This document shows, piece by piece, positions 10,283-22,761 of a stretch of 63,754 bases of DNA. Under the pieces are notes generated by a model that worked only from the letters and a program-made list of their open reading frames with translations, did not search any database and had not been told where the DNA came from. Numbering within the stretch: position 1 is the first letter of the stretch; each line of letters begins with the position of its first letter. Source of the stretch: Vitrella brassicaformis CCMP3155. Its lineage: Eukaryota > Protista > Chromerida. The stretch spans positions 124,001 through 187,754 of the forward strand of contig CDMY01000305.1 in assembly GCA_001179505.1 (NCBI GenBank), written 5' to 3'. A program made the translations under genes and the position numbers.

Positions 10283-12630
10283 GGTGGGTGCCGGCCTGGC
10301 GGACAAGACAAGCCAGCATCTCCCATTCAGTGGCAGGTGTGTCATGTCATGCTGTGTGTTGTGTTCAGTTGAAGGAACAGACGGCGGGCGTGGAGCGGCG
10401 CGTGGACCAGCTGCTGCAGCTCCACTCGGAGGTATATATGTGATATATGACTAACGCACCCGACACGACATACACAGCCAATTAATGGCAAAATATGGGG
10501 CGCCCATTGAACGGTGTCTGAGTCTAGAGTTCGTTTCTGCAATTTGCTGGTGGGCTGTGGGTGGGCGCATCAGGTCAGTCAGTGCTATCGTCTCCGAGAT
10601 CAAGCACCTCTCGAGGTACACATCCACACCCCGAAGCAGATAGCTCCGGTCGTGCTGGTTGAATGAATGACAGGGCTACAAGACGACCGAAGTGGAGTTG
10701 TGGCACAAGGACGACTTGGCTCAGCAGGCACTTCTCGACCTCAGTGGAGTTTTGTCTCCCGCCAGAATGCCGCCACATAGGTAGGAAACACACCTCAGAC
10801 ACACGGAAGCCCACGACCTATCTTGAGTGCCTGTCTGTTCGGCTGTGTATGTATGGCCTGTCTGTCTGTCAGATCATTTGTCGGCGGCACGCGGCCCTGA
10901 CTGACGGTGTGTACTATGTAGAGTGGTGGTGGCAAGACGGATAGATGAGCGAGTGGCTGGCTGGCTGGCTGGCTGGCCTCACAGCACGACCACCCACGGA
11001 AGGACGACCTGTGGTGGATGGATGGATGGATGGCTTGAATGCTGCTGTCGTGCGCACAACCAACCACTGATGCATTCGTGTGTATACTCACTCGGTGGTG
11101 TATACTCAATTGGCTGACGGCGTGTGGTTCTACCAGATGGTGCGAGTGACCGACCATGTCGTTAGCTCAGGGGAAGGATCTGAAATTTGGTTCACCCACA
11201 TCGATCATATGTCATGACGGCGGTTGACGTCCCATGCCATGCAGCACATACATGCACATCGCACATCCACGCACACGCCGTAGATGCCTGTAAGTCGCCA
11301 CAAGTCTTCCTTCTGTCAGGTAGATGCCGGAACCAGAGAGAGACAAATAGCATCGTTCACCCCCCATGTCAGTCATCGCACCGCAGCAGTCCCTTGTCGT
11401 CTCATATCTCATCACGCCCAAATGACAGACAGACTCACATGACAGACACCCATCCATCGGCCACGATTGCGGGCAGACACCTATTCCATCCATCCATCGA
11501 TCCATCCACCGACACAGCCCGGCAGCCAGCCACTTGGGGAGCCAGCAGAGAGCAGAGAGACAGAGAGAGGTATGAAAAGTAAGAACCGATCCATCCAGCC
11601 AGCCAGCCAGCCATCCGTCAATCGGACTGTCTGTCGGTTGGTATGCCTCTCTGCTTCGCAGACCGATAGATACCCATCTCATCTGTGCTCAGGCCAGCCA
11701 GCCTGTGTGTGCCGGTCAACGCTGAGGCGCAGCGAAATGCGTCCGTCCATCCATCCAATCATCGTCCAGTCGTCACACACACGCACATTTACAGCCGGCG
11801 AGCCAGCCATATAAACAGGCGGGGGGACAGACAGGCACATGGATCATCCCATCCCGCACACGCACCTCTGCTGCCTTACTTACTAGGTGGGTGTCGGTGG
11901 GTGAGAGAGGCAAATCATGATCTGGTCGGTGGGAAAAAAGGAGGACAGGTCAGCACACTGTAGGCATGGTAGGCCCTCCTTCCTCCAGTCATTATGCCAG
12001 TCATTATGCCACTCATTATGGATTAAAGAGCACAAGAAATGCAGTTAGTCAGTCAGTCAGTCAAGAAGCAGTATTAGTTACTGTACAGTTTCGCACACCA
12101 CACCTGTGCTGTGGACAGACCATCTGTCCTTGCTGTCCGTCTGGAGCTCTGTCTGTCTCTTTGCGCGGGCGGCTCGGCTCGCTTGCAATGCATACGTAAT
12201 GCAGAGCCATTAATTATCCATTGCATGTTTATTCACACACGCACTGCACTTCAGCCAATGTCTGTCTGTTGTGTGCATCCACGCCCACAACCGCACACAC
12301 CGTCAGCAGCGGTCAGATGCTAACTAACGGTGTCGGCGGGCCAGGTGCGCGTGCGTGAGTAAACAACAGGCAGACGTCAGCTGAAAGAGCACACAGACAC
12401 GGAGCTCATCACAGCTTCAAATGAAAGCAGAATTGACTGCGAGAACGTCGCGCGTGTCCTCTCATCTGCGTGTTCGTCTGTCGACCCGCCCACCCCACCT
12501 CCCAAATGGTCGTGGACCTGGCTGGCTGCGTCACCATCCACGTCCGCGGTGACCCGTGGTGGCTTACGAGCCATCAGCCCAGCCCCGGTGCAGTGCAACC
12601 CAGCCCCTGACTATGTCCACCCACCATGAT
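10283..12630 (+). CDS. Possible orphan spliced exon chain (hypothetical protein, start not found)
   Basis: Phase-compatible AG/GT-bounded exons read GCRPGGQDKPASPIQWQ|LKEQTAGVERRVDQLLQLHSE (10369-10431)|VSQCYRLRDQAPLE|GYKTTEVELWHKDDLAQQALLDLSG.... A terminal exon-like ORF lies at about 12381-12630. Confidence 0.3.
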
Positions 12631-12806
12631 ATGATCAATGCAATGCATGCAGACATACAAACGGCCACGCTGTCTGTCTGAAGATGTCTGGACAGCCGGC
12701 CACACAAGCACCAGCACCCAGTCAGTCCCTCACCCAGTCAGTCAGTCACATGCAAGTGGGTGAGTAGGAAAGCAGTCGTGTCGTGGCCACCGGGTCATTG
12801 GGTCAT

Positions 12807-14269
12807 TCATCCATCAAGCGTATAGCTCCCCAGAAAGCCCGGTTCGTGCACGAGAGGGGGCGGGTCGGGCCACTCACAGTCAAAGCTAGAGTGACTGCTG
12901 CTGCCCGAAGGACTTAGCACCACACCCTCACCACCAACTCCTGACAGACAGCAGCCATTGGCATCGCATGCCATGCACAGACATATCACCGACTCGCCAG
13001 CTGCACCTCTAGGTGTGCTGTGCTCATCCGTACTTACGGTGCTGTTGCTCATCGCGGTGCGCGACGCACTTGTCGTCGGACTTGCTCCGCCACAGCTGCG
13101 AAAGCGGCGAAACCTCCCGGCTGCTGGCAGGGTCAGCCGTCACACCATCAGTCCCTGCAGAGGCATGCGACATGGTGGCCCTCAGCCGAGAAGTGTAGGG
13201 CGAGAACCGACTGCCCTTGCCCCGAGGCCGCATTGGTGACGAGAGGGGTGACGAGCCCGACGATGAGTAGCACGACGACACGTGGCGCGGGGCGGGGGGG
13301 CTGCGGGGGCGGGGTGCTTCACAGGACGAGAGATACTGATTCTCGGCGCAGAGGGCGCCGTATGCATCGCTGCAGAAAGACGGAGAAGAGGAAACATGTG
13401 CATGCAGAGGACGAGCAGCGACGTGGGCTCAGACGGGCCTGACCTGATGGCAGCGCAGAGGTCGTTGGTAAGTTGGGAGGCGGCCGTGCGCATCTCATGG
13501 ATCGTCTCGACCAGCGACGACACCGATGTCATTATGCAGACGCCAACCTGATGATAGTGTGACAGACAAACACGAACGAACAGTGAGAGGCTCCATGAGC
13601 CGTATACATTTTGTTATGTATTGTGTTTCTCCGGCCGGCCGACTGTGGCGGACCTGACCTGCACTGAGCCACCCTTGTCAGCCTCAGCCAGCTCCCCTGC
13701 CAGCCGATCAATCTCAGCACCCAAATCACGGCAGAGGTCACTCAGCTGATTGCAATGACACACATCACGTCAGTCACAACACTTCACACCCATCCACAGA
13801 CAGCTTCGGTTCTCCCACCTGCTGCAGACGCCCAGCGCCCGTCCCCTTGATGCTCGAGGGACTCGACGTATACCGACTGGACAGACACCACGGTCGTCAC
13901 AGGGGCGATGAATGCGCATGCATGGCAACTGAGATCTCCTCACCTGCAGAGTGCCTCCCGGCCTGTCCCCAAGCTCCTCACGCAGTCGGCCAACTGGTCC
14001 ACGTACCGATGGGCATCCTGCAAATGAGGAATACAGGCACACCAATGCATCACATGCAGCAGGAAATGAGTGCATGAGCTCGAACTGCTGACCTCCAGGT
14101 AGTCAAACGCGAGAAGAGCCTCGTGTTCTTCGAGGGCGAGACTGAGATCCTCGCACAGATCGGAGAAGTTATGGCAGACTCCCTCGATGGACGCAACAAG
14201 GGAGTTGGCCTGCCGGTGCGCATCCCGCAGCTCCAGCGACTCGAGTGAGCACGACAGACCTCGCTTCAT
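12807..14269 (-). CDS. Multi-exon helical/coiled-coil-like hypothetical protein (3' end uncertain)
   Basis: In-phase exons read MKRGLSC...AFDYLE|DAHRYVDQLADCVRSL...|RYTSSPSSIKG...QQ|LSDLCRDLGAEIDRLAGELAEADKGGSVQ|VGVCIMTSVSSLVETIHEM..., with canonical splice sites. Confidence 0.55.
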
Positions 14270-14331
14270 CGCGCCTCCTACTTTTCCACAGCTCGCAGTC
14301 TGTCAACGGCAAAACTAACGGCCAGGGGAAA

Positions 14332-15284
14332 ATGGCGAAGGAAATCGCCTTGACTGAGCTTGAGGAGGCTTTGGAAGAGGCCGGCAAAGAAGGGAAGACC
14401 CCTCTCTTCCTCGACACTTCAGGTAGGTACCGTCGAAAACACACACAACCCCACGAATGCGACGGGACAAAGAGATGCGTCATGTTCTCTCTTGTCTTCA
14501 GGGAATGTGGACACCTACCTTTCCTACCGCCAAACGACCGTAGTCGAAGCCAAGAAATGCCTCATGGACAAACTCAAGGCACGCAATTAATAAGGGGCCG
14601 GGAAGTGTGTTCGTTTGTTGTTTGACCAATGATTGGCCATCGATGATTGTTTGGTGGCGTGCAGGGGACTGCCGTGAGTGACATCCGGGAGGGTCTGCGG
14701 TCTCAACTGGTCAACGCAATGCGATATAGCCACAACCTGTTGATCAGAATGGTACACAGAAGGAGGAGAGGAGACACGCAGTGACTGCGAGAGGTGGCAG
14801 ACACACACGTGTCGATTGGTTGCTGTATGCGCTGGCCACACCAACGTTGACAGACCAACTCAGCAGTGGACTTTCTGGGCACCTTCTGCGAGGAAACCAC
14901 GTTTCCTGTGGATGTCTTCGACCCAAATGCGATTCTGGTACCTGTTTGTATGTGTTGAGACATGGCTACAGTATCTGTCTTGCACAGCTTCTGCATTGAT
15001 TGCCCATGCGTTCACCTTGTACAGAGCAATGAAGTGGTGGAGCGAGTGATCCGCGATTCGGACAAGAAGGCGGAGGATGGGCGTGTGTTTGTGCCCCGCG
15101 GCCTGACGGTGGTCATCACGTCCACATTTGAGAAGGAAGACTACGCTGAGTTCCTCAAGGACGCCATCCCCCTCGACAAGTGCATGGTGAGGACGTACGA
15201 GCAGGTGTGGTGGCTGGTGCGATGTGAATGTCCGACATGACATGACATGTTGTGCAGGTCTTCTACGTCAAAAAGTCGGCGTGA
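14332..15284 (+). CDS. Small conserved protein resembling the dynein AAA5 (AAA_9)/IQANK1 C-terminal domain; 6 exons
   Basis: The spliced protein reads MAKEIALTELEEALEEAGKEGKTPLFLDTS|GNVDTYLSY...LRSQLVNAMRYSHNLLIRM|...LTVVITST...|VFYVKKSA*. PLFLD and LVNAMRY echo the PL(I/F)IDP and L(E/L)(N/G)A(I/L)R(F/Y)G motifs. The family call is inference. Confidence 0.6.
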
Positions 15285-15688
15285 GGCTGCCACGTCTCTA
15301 TGGCCTGGTGTCATCACATGTATGTCTGAATAGAGAAACATTGTGTCAGTCGATTCAGAGTCGAATTCACGTCGTTCATATGACACTCACACCATGAACG
15401 TTGGTAATTGTGTCGGTCGAAAATTGTTATCATCGGACAAGCATGATCCCAATGTTTGAGGGATTCGATGGATTCGTCATTGGTCTGCTGACTCCACTCG
15501 TTCGCTGACAAACATGCGGCAAGGTGAGCAAGGAAGCGAAGGCAATCAACGTCAGAGTGTGTGTGTCTTCTTCTACACGCTTGTAGGATCAAATCGGTGT
15601 CGTCCTTGGCGTCACTCGAATGGAGGCAAACGGTGACTGCAAGCTAGGAGACACACATAGATAGTTGTTTTTTTCTTTTTTTCTTGAG

Positions 15689-16020
15689 GCGCGGCGGAGC
15701 CTTTGCACACTTCTCGGCCTTACGCTTGCGGGACGTTTGCTTCTTCTCGGTGCCGGAAGAGAGGGGAGAGATCAGGTCGAGCAGTGCATCATCTGCTACA
15801 ACAGGCCGAGAGACACCCAGACTCTCCCTGCGTGAGTTGTGCCACAAACTAACAAACGTGTAACAGACGAAGCAACACCGCCTTCGTGATGTCCTGTGTG
15901 TGCAGGGCCACTTTTGGCTCTGCAGCCCGTGCTACCTGCGGCTGCTGGACCGCGCAACGAGGACCCAGCAGCCGCCTCAATGCCCCTTCTGCCGCGACCC
16001 CATTTTGAAACCCACTACCG
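15689..16020 (+). pseudogene. RING-HC (C3HC4_3-type) gene fragment with a 1-nt frameshift (pseudogene or assembly error)
   Basis: CIICYNRPRDTQTLP at 15785-15829, then GC|GTGAGT, then an exon from 15906 reading GHFWLCSPCY...CPFCRDPI. One base is missing to give PC|GH. Confidence 0.6.
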
Positions 16021-16602
16021 GGTGGCTGGCTACGATGGGGGGTCGGAGCGGGAGGGATGTCGCGTCCCTCCACTGTGTTTTGAAGCTGCCTGCGGATGGG
16101 TGGGTGGGTGGGTGGGTGGCTTGCCTACCTGTAGTTTGTGTGCTGTGTCGTGTTGTCTGTGCTGACTGCATTTGTCGGTGATTTTGTGTGTACTTGGGGG
16201 GTGTATTGTGCTGACGTATTGTGTGTGCCTGCGCTTTCTGCCCTGGCCGGGAAAGCCGGTATCGACTGCCCATGTGCTCAATTAATTGCGTGTGCTTGCT
16301 GTCGTGTTTGGTGGTGTGTCGTGCTTTCATGTACGTGCATCCCTCCCTCTTCTGGTGGGTTGCTTGGTGCATTTGTCGGTGTGTGAAGTGTGCCATCATT
16401 TGTCTACATAGGGAATTCGACAAAGGACGATTGACCAAGTCAATTGTCTGTCAGCTCGCAAACGCGAGTCCGTTTACATCTTGTGAGGGGCTTGGCACTC
16501 ATCGCAGAATGAGGCGAACGCACGGTTCTCGAGGGAGGGGAGTGGTCGCTGGGAAGGGATTTGTGCCTCCGAGGGGCAAACACGGCCACGGAACCCATAA
16601 CG

Positions 16603-19208
16603 ATGGCGGGCCGCCACCATCATCCTCCACCGAGGGGACAGATCACAGCCGCAATGCCATCCACACGCCTCTCCACCAGCCCAGGGACCAGCGCACCGCC
16701 CATGACGACTGTAAGATGCTCAGATGCCCACCATCACACAGCCTTCATTCATCCATTGATCGCATCCTTCCTTTGTTGTTGGTCAGTTTGGAAGAGAATC
16801 CGGACCAAACCTCCGACGAACCGGACGGGCCATACGACGCTGCGGAGCACCCTGCAGGAAATGCGCACGAACAACAAGAGCTCCGCGGCGGCCTCACGGC
16901 AGGCCCCCGAGTCGCCCGAGGTCGAGGTGAAGCGGCTCACCGTCCCTGCGGCCCGTGTGGAGAGCAAGTACGAGCCACAGACGCTGATGGAGCAGGTGAA
17001 CACATGGAAGGAAGGATGGGTGTCAGGCATCACATATTCATGCATCACTGTGGGTGGTCGGTTTTCCGTGTATGTGTGGCCTGCCACCATCTGTAGGTGA
17101 GTTTGCTGGACCAGATCGGCCGGCTCTGCCGAGGGGACAAGCGGTTCGCCCAGCACGTCGAAAAGGCGGCCAGGCGTGCGGCCAACGGGGGATGTGGGGG
17201 TGACGAGGCCAAGGGAATCCTGGCGCTGGTGCAGGACAAACAGCGGGGCGACAGAAACGAACTCCTCTTCATCGACGTACGTACGCATCTCACCCATGAG
17301 GCGGGCGGCACGGGCAGGCGGATACATACCCCTTCCCCTCTCTCTCTCTCTGTGTGTGTGTGTGGTGTGGTGTGGTGTCAGCTCGACGGCCAGGTGCTGG
17401 GGGATAAGCCGGGGGGCGACTTGTCGACATTCCAGTCGTTATCAGCAGATGGGGAGGGCATCGACCGCCCCAAGGAGCCGCCCGGCTCGTCGTCGGCCAC
17501 CCTCCCCTCCCGCCACCCCGAGACCCCTCCCAGGCGCCCACGCACTCCAGCCACACCCAAGAAACGCCCGCAGAAGATGCGTCACGGCCCGCACATCACG
17601 GGATCTCCTGACGGTATAGAGTCCGCCATCGACACCACAACACAAACTCAAAGGGCGGTGGAAACGGGCCTTGTCTTTGATGTGTGCAGGTAGCCGTCTG
17701 CGTACGTCGCCGGGTGTGGGCGGCAGTGAGAGTCGCGCGCCTGCACCGTCACTGTTGACCGCTGGAAAAAGCAAGACGGGCGAGCAGGTGCGGTATGAGG
17801 TGCGGCGGATGGCCGACGAGATGGGCTGGCACAACTCGTGTGAGGTTGAAGGGGTGGAGGTGGCCTTTGCATCGCTGGTCAAACCCAGGGAGGATGGAGA
17901 GACGGAGGGGGAGGAGGCTGCGGCGAAGGTGAGCACACCGCTCATGTGTCCCTGGGTCTGTCTGTCCATCCATCCATCCATGTGTCATGCTCTTGTTTGT
18001 GTGTGTGCGTGTGTGTGTGTGTGTGTCAGCGGGGTGTGTCTAACGAGTGTTTGGGGCCGGTAGCCAAGGTTCCCGAGGACCCTGCCGTGCTGCAGCTCAA
18101 TGGCGAGCGATACTTCCTCCCCATCACACACAAACCCACGTACCTGACACACCCACAGACACGCACAAAGACATCATCCATATCCCCTCCCCTCCCCCAG
18201 ATGTCTTTCGTCTAGTCGTAGTGACGGCCGTGGCCATATGGCGGCTGCCATGAAGGGACCTTCTGCGATCGAGAAAGAGGCCCAGGGGTGGGTAGGAAAC
18301 GAGCGGCCTACACAGACAGGCGCAGGGATTGATTTCCCCGCTTTCTTGTGTGTGCAGGGTTGGTGCTCATGGCGGTGTGAAGGAGTTGACGTGGGACACT
18401 TTGCACGAGCTGCTGTCGCGGGCCAAGAGGGAGAGGGACATACTCCTCAAAGACAGATATGAGCTAGACAGGAGGTACACACACACACACACACACACAT
18501 GGGTCCAGACACCTAGGAGGGCGCGTGTGTGTGTGAGTGTGTCATGCATCAGGTCTAAGCAGCGCATCCAGCAGTTGGAGGGCGAGGTCGAAATCCTCAG
18601 AATGACCGACACCAAGAGGCACGCTTGCACACCCACCACCCCCATAGCGTGTGTCCATTGTCTCGGCCTGTGGTGGCGTATGCCCATGTCAGGTTGGTCG
18701 ACAACTTGTCCAACTGCAGCCGCACGCCCGAGGAGATGACCACCATTGCCAAACATCTCATGCAGAGAAGAGCCGTCATCCTGCAGGAGGAATTGCCTCT
18801 TATCGAACAGGCAGCCCGCCCACCCCACGGCGTGCACCACATCAGGCCCCGGTGTGTGTGGGTGTGTGTGTTCTGTAGATGGCGACCAAGACCATCAGGT
18901 TAGCTCAGGCGGCCGAGCGCGCCAATCGGGAGGACAAGTGCGTCGTCTGCTCAGAGGAAGAAAAGGACACCATCCTGCTGCCGTGCGTAAGGCGGGGAAT
19001 GAACGAATGGGACACCGCACCCCCCCGCCATCCATCCATCCATTCACCCGTCATTGTGTGATGTGTGTGTGTTTCTGGACGGCAGGGCCACAAGTGCGTG
19101 TGCTTCGCGTGCGCCGCCAGCGTTGTGCAGCAGCAGGCCACCATCAACCGGGTCTGCCCCGTCTGCAAGATGTACGTAGCCAGGATCGACACGGTCGCGG
19201 CGTCATGA
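16603..19208 (+). CDS. Multi-exon C-terminal RING-HC E3 ubiquitin ligase with a coiled coil (start uncertain)
   Basis: CVVCSEEEKDTILLPC|GHKCVCFACA...VCPVCKMYV, stop at 19206-19208. The coiled coil reads ELLSRAKRERD...KQRIQQLEGEVEILR. Confidence 0.8.
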
Positions 19209-19475
19209 TGATGATGGAGGAGGATGACGGAGGTGCCTTTCAATTGGCACCGTCCATCCATCCATCCATTCTGTAGCCCCGCTAGAATAGAACCGAATTG
19301 GCCCAGCCACACACAAGCATACAAGTGAATGGATTGATTGACATGGACACGGGGGAGGGACACACTCACACACACAGAGGGAGACACTAGATGGGTCCGT
19401 TTGGTCTCTCTTATTATGCCGTCGGGCACGACAGACGGACACACACACACGGACACACCAAGACACACACACACG

Positions 19476-19516
<41 letters not shown>

Positions 19517-20856
19517 ATGGACTGTACACACACGCATTGGATTGCATTTGTATGTATACATACGTATGGCTGGCTGCAGTCAGTGGTGCGGTAGTGGGGT
19601 GCGTGGCCACCGTGGGTGCGATTCATTCCCGCGTGAGGGTGTGGGTGTCTGCAATGCATCATGTGGGTGACGCGCGAGAGGGGCACAGACACACAACCAA
19701 TCACCAAACCTTTTTTCTTTCTACCAAATCAAGATGGATGGATGGATGGAAGTAGCGAGGCAAAAAATCCGGAGGGGACACACAGACACAGACACACACA
19801 CAGACAGACAGACAGACAGAATGGTATGTAGGCATTGCACAATAATGCGCTTCTACACACATTTGCTGCTGGGGCACCGCACCCACCACACACCCACCCA
19901 CACAGGGGAGAGAGTGTGGTGTTTGTGTCGGTGTCGGTGTCAGCTTGGCAAAGTGACCAAAAATTGACGCCAGCAATCATCATCATCATCATCAATTCGT
20001 GACAGATACGGAGAGAGAGGAAGATATGATATCACTTATATAGCGAAAATCGGCCTCATTCATTGTCATCTCGTCGCTAGCTAAACCAAATGCCGCCAGA
20101 CCCATCCAAAGATTGACACATGCACAGAGAGAGGTGAGCGGTTGAACCGACATGTCTGTCTGTCTGTCTGTCTGTCACACATGACACACGCCCGACCCCA
20201 TCCACCCCAGCCAAACCAGCAATACACGCAAAGATGTGCATGTGTGGCCTGCCTAATGCTTCGTCATGGTCGTCATCTTTCTGTGTCAGTGTGCTTGCCA
20301 ATGGTTCGGTCGACAGCAAGTGACAAAGAGAGAGGGCGCCGACCCCGCTCATCCATCCATCCATCTATCCATCGACTCGTCGGTGAGTGATGTGATGAAG
20401 GATGGCACATAAAAGACCGCCCGCTTGCAGCACCACACAAGAGACTCAGAGGGAGGGACACGGGCAGGCCACCTGACTGACACGCTAGTTTCGATCAGAA
20501 GAGAATTAGCGATCGACCAAGGAAATGAAACAAAACGAGAACAAAACGAACGAAACAAACACCTTCACGCATTGATTGTGTTTTCCCCCCTCCCCAAGCA
20601 ACCCACCACCCCCGCTGTGACACAGAATTAGATAGGCATCGCCCCCAACATGCAAACACGCACACACAACATTGAAGACACGCCCACACAGTAGGTTTAG
20701 ATAATACACACAGGCATGCACACATACAAAGAAGGAAGCAGCGAGTCGGCACACGCGCCATCCGCTTTCGGATCCACAACGTGCCCACGCGCCAGTTCTC
20801 TCTCATCCCTCCCTGCCGATGACCTCTCGGCCCAACTCAGCCAGCCAAATGACCGA

Positions 20857-22761
20857 TCAAAAACCATTATCCCCGCTGCCCGACAGGACCACCACAAGAC
20901 ACGACAGCACCAGCATTAAACCGCCAACGCTCCCAAAACCTGCTCTCCGCCACCCACTGCTGGTGGTGGTGGCGGTGGTGGTCTCATTCTCTCCCGGCAA
21001 AGGAATCCCCTCCCAGCCCTCAGGCAAGTGTGTCGGTGGCCGCTTGTCCGTGTCGGTGCGGTTGCTGTCGTTGTCGGCATCAGCCGGCTCTCCGTCCCAG
21101 TGCATGTCGTCGTGAGGAGCGGTGTAGTTGAAGGCCGATGGGTTGGGCTGGAACTGCAGGGGCGACGAGGGCGGCCGGGCGAACTCCTCGGCTAACGCGA
21201 AGAAGGCCGGCTTGGGGCGGAACTCCTCATCGAACAACAAAGCGTGCTGCTCCGGACCTCGCCATGAAAACCGGTCCGATGCACCTACAACCAGACACAC
21301 ACAGTGAGTGAAGGTCACACACACTTTCTTGTTCCCTGTGTGTGGGTATGGTATGGGAATATATTGGGTGGTTTCCTTCTCACCCCAAGTGGACATCATC
21401 GTGCAGATGTGGCTGTAGTCGAGACAGAGCCTGGTGACCTGCCGGTAGAGGGCGGCCTGCTTGTCGAGCGACGCACGGTTCCATCGCGGGCAGGGGTCGC
21501 CGTAGGGCGAACAATTGAACTCCAACTCGGTTATGTGGACTGAACACACGGGAGGAAAGGGGAATGGGCGTCTGTGTGTGGGCGTGTGTTTCTTGGTTGC
21601 TGGCTGATTGATGTGATGTGTCATCTTACCTTCGAGCCCCAGTTGTCCTAGTCTTTGGAAGTTGTAGGCGATGCCCTCAAAGGTGCCCGGCTCGTCAAAC
21701 GCACTCAGGCAGAAATGCATCTGGACGGATACGCACCTTTGCCTTTTGCCGTCTGTCTGTCTGTCTGTCTTTGTGTGTTGGCTGCACTCACTTGTATGCC
21801 GACTCCGTCGATGGGCACTCCCCTGCTCTTCATGTCCCGCAGCAAGAGGTACACCGCGTTGCTCTTCTCCCGCATCCAGCCGTACCTTAACGAATGCAGA
21901 CAGACAGACAAACAGACACACACAAGGGGGGCCATTCCATTATGGATGTGCTGGTATGGTATATTGGCCTGGCCGACGGACATGCTGGCGATGTTATAGT
22001 CGTTGTAGATGAGTTTGGCGGTTGGGTTGACCCGCCTCGCCGTCTTGAAGGCCAGCTCCAGGTAGTCGGGGATCAGGGGAAACCACTTGTTACCCCGACG
22101 CACCCCGTCAAGACTCGCCGTCACACCTCCTGGAAACTCGTCCGCAACCCCTGCAACACAACGACACACACAGAATCATCCACAACCATCTCTGCCCATC
22201 ATAGTCTCTCTTTTTTCACGTCGTACCCTCATTGATGACGTCGACGGCGTATGCGTCTGGGTATCTCGCCATGACCTTCTCAATATGCCCGACCGTCCAG
22301 GCCCGCAGCTTCCTGGGGCTGAAACTGCCCTTGTCGAGCCAGTCGGGCAAATGGTCCCACCACAGCAGCGTGTGCAGCCGGAAGTACTTGCCGTTCTCCA
22401 CCGCATAGCGATAGACGGCGTCACACTTGTCCCAGACGTAGTGGTCGGGCCCCTGGGGCGTCAGCTCCTTGATCTTGCACTCGGCCTCGGGCGTCACTGA
22501 GGAGAAGTGCCTGACCAACAGCTTCTTGTAATCGGTGTCATTGAGCTTCCCTGAGCTGGCCGCCACTCCCAGCAGCACACCAGAGCTGCGGGAGATGCTC
22601 GCGAGCGCAGGAATGAGCTTGTCGGTGAAGCCGTCACTCCTCCACTCGCTGTCGCTTTTCTCGGGTGTTGCCTTTGCGGCCATGGCGTCGGTGACGTGAG
22701 CGGCTCTCCTCCTCCACTCGAGCAGGCAGACGGCCAGGAGCACAGCGTCATACAGCTTCAT
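20857..22761 (-). CDS. GH10 endo-1,4-beta-xylanase-like glycoside hydrolase with signal peptide and C-terminal hydrophobic anchor
   Basis: GH10 motifs FRLHTLLW, VDVINE (acid/base), KLIYNDYN, VPIDGVGIQ|MH, VHITELE (nucleophile) and LLFDEEFRPKPAFFA. Hydrophobic segments occur at both termini. Confidence 0.92.

Noticed and set aside
11985-12020. Three copies of a 12-mer (ccagtcattatg)
   Set aside because: A short local slippage repeat with no associated feature.
19300-20850. ORFs between the RING and GH10 genes
   Set aside because: The region is microsatellite-dominated, with no coherent splice chain or motif. It is probably convergent 3' UTR and intergenic DNA.
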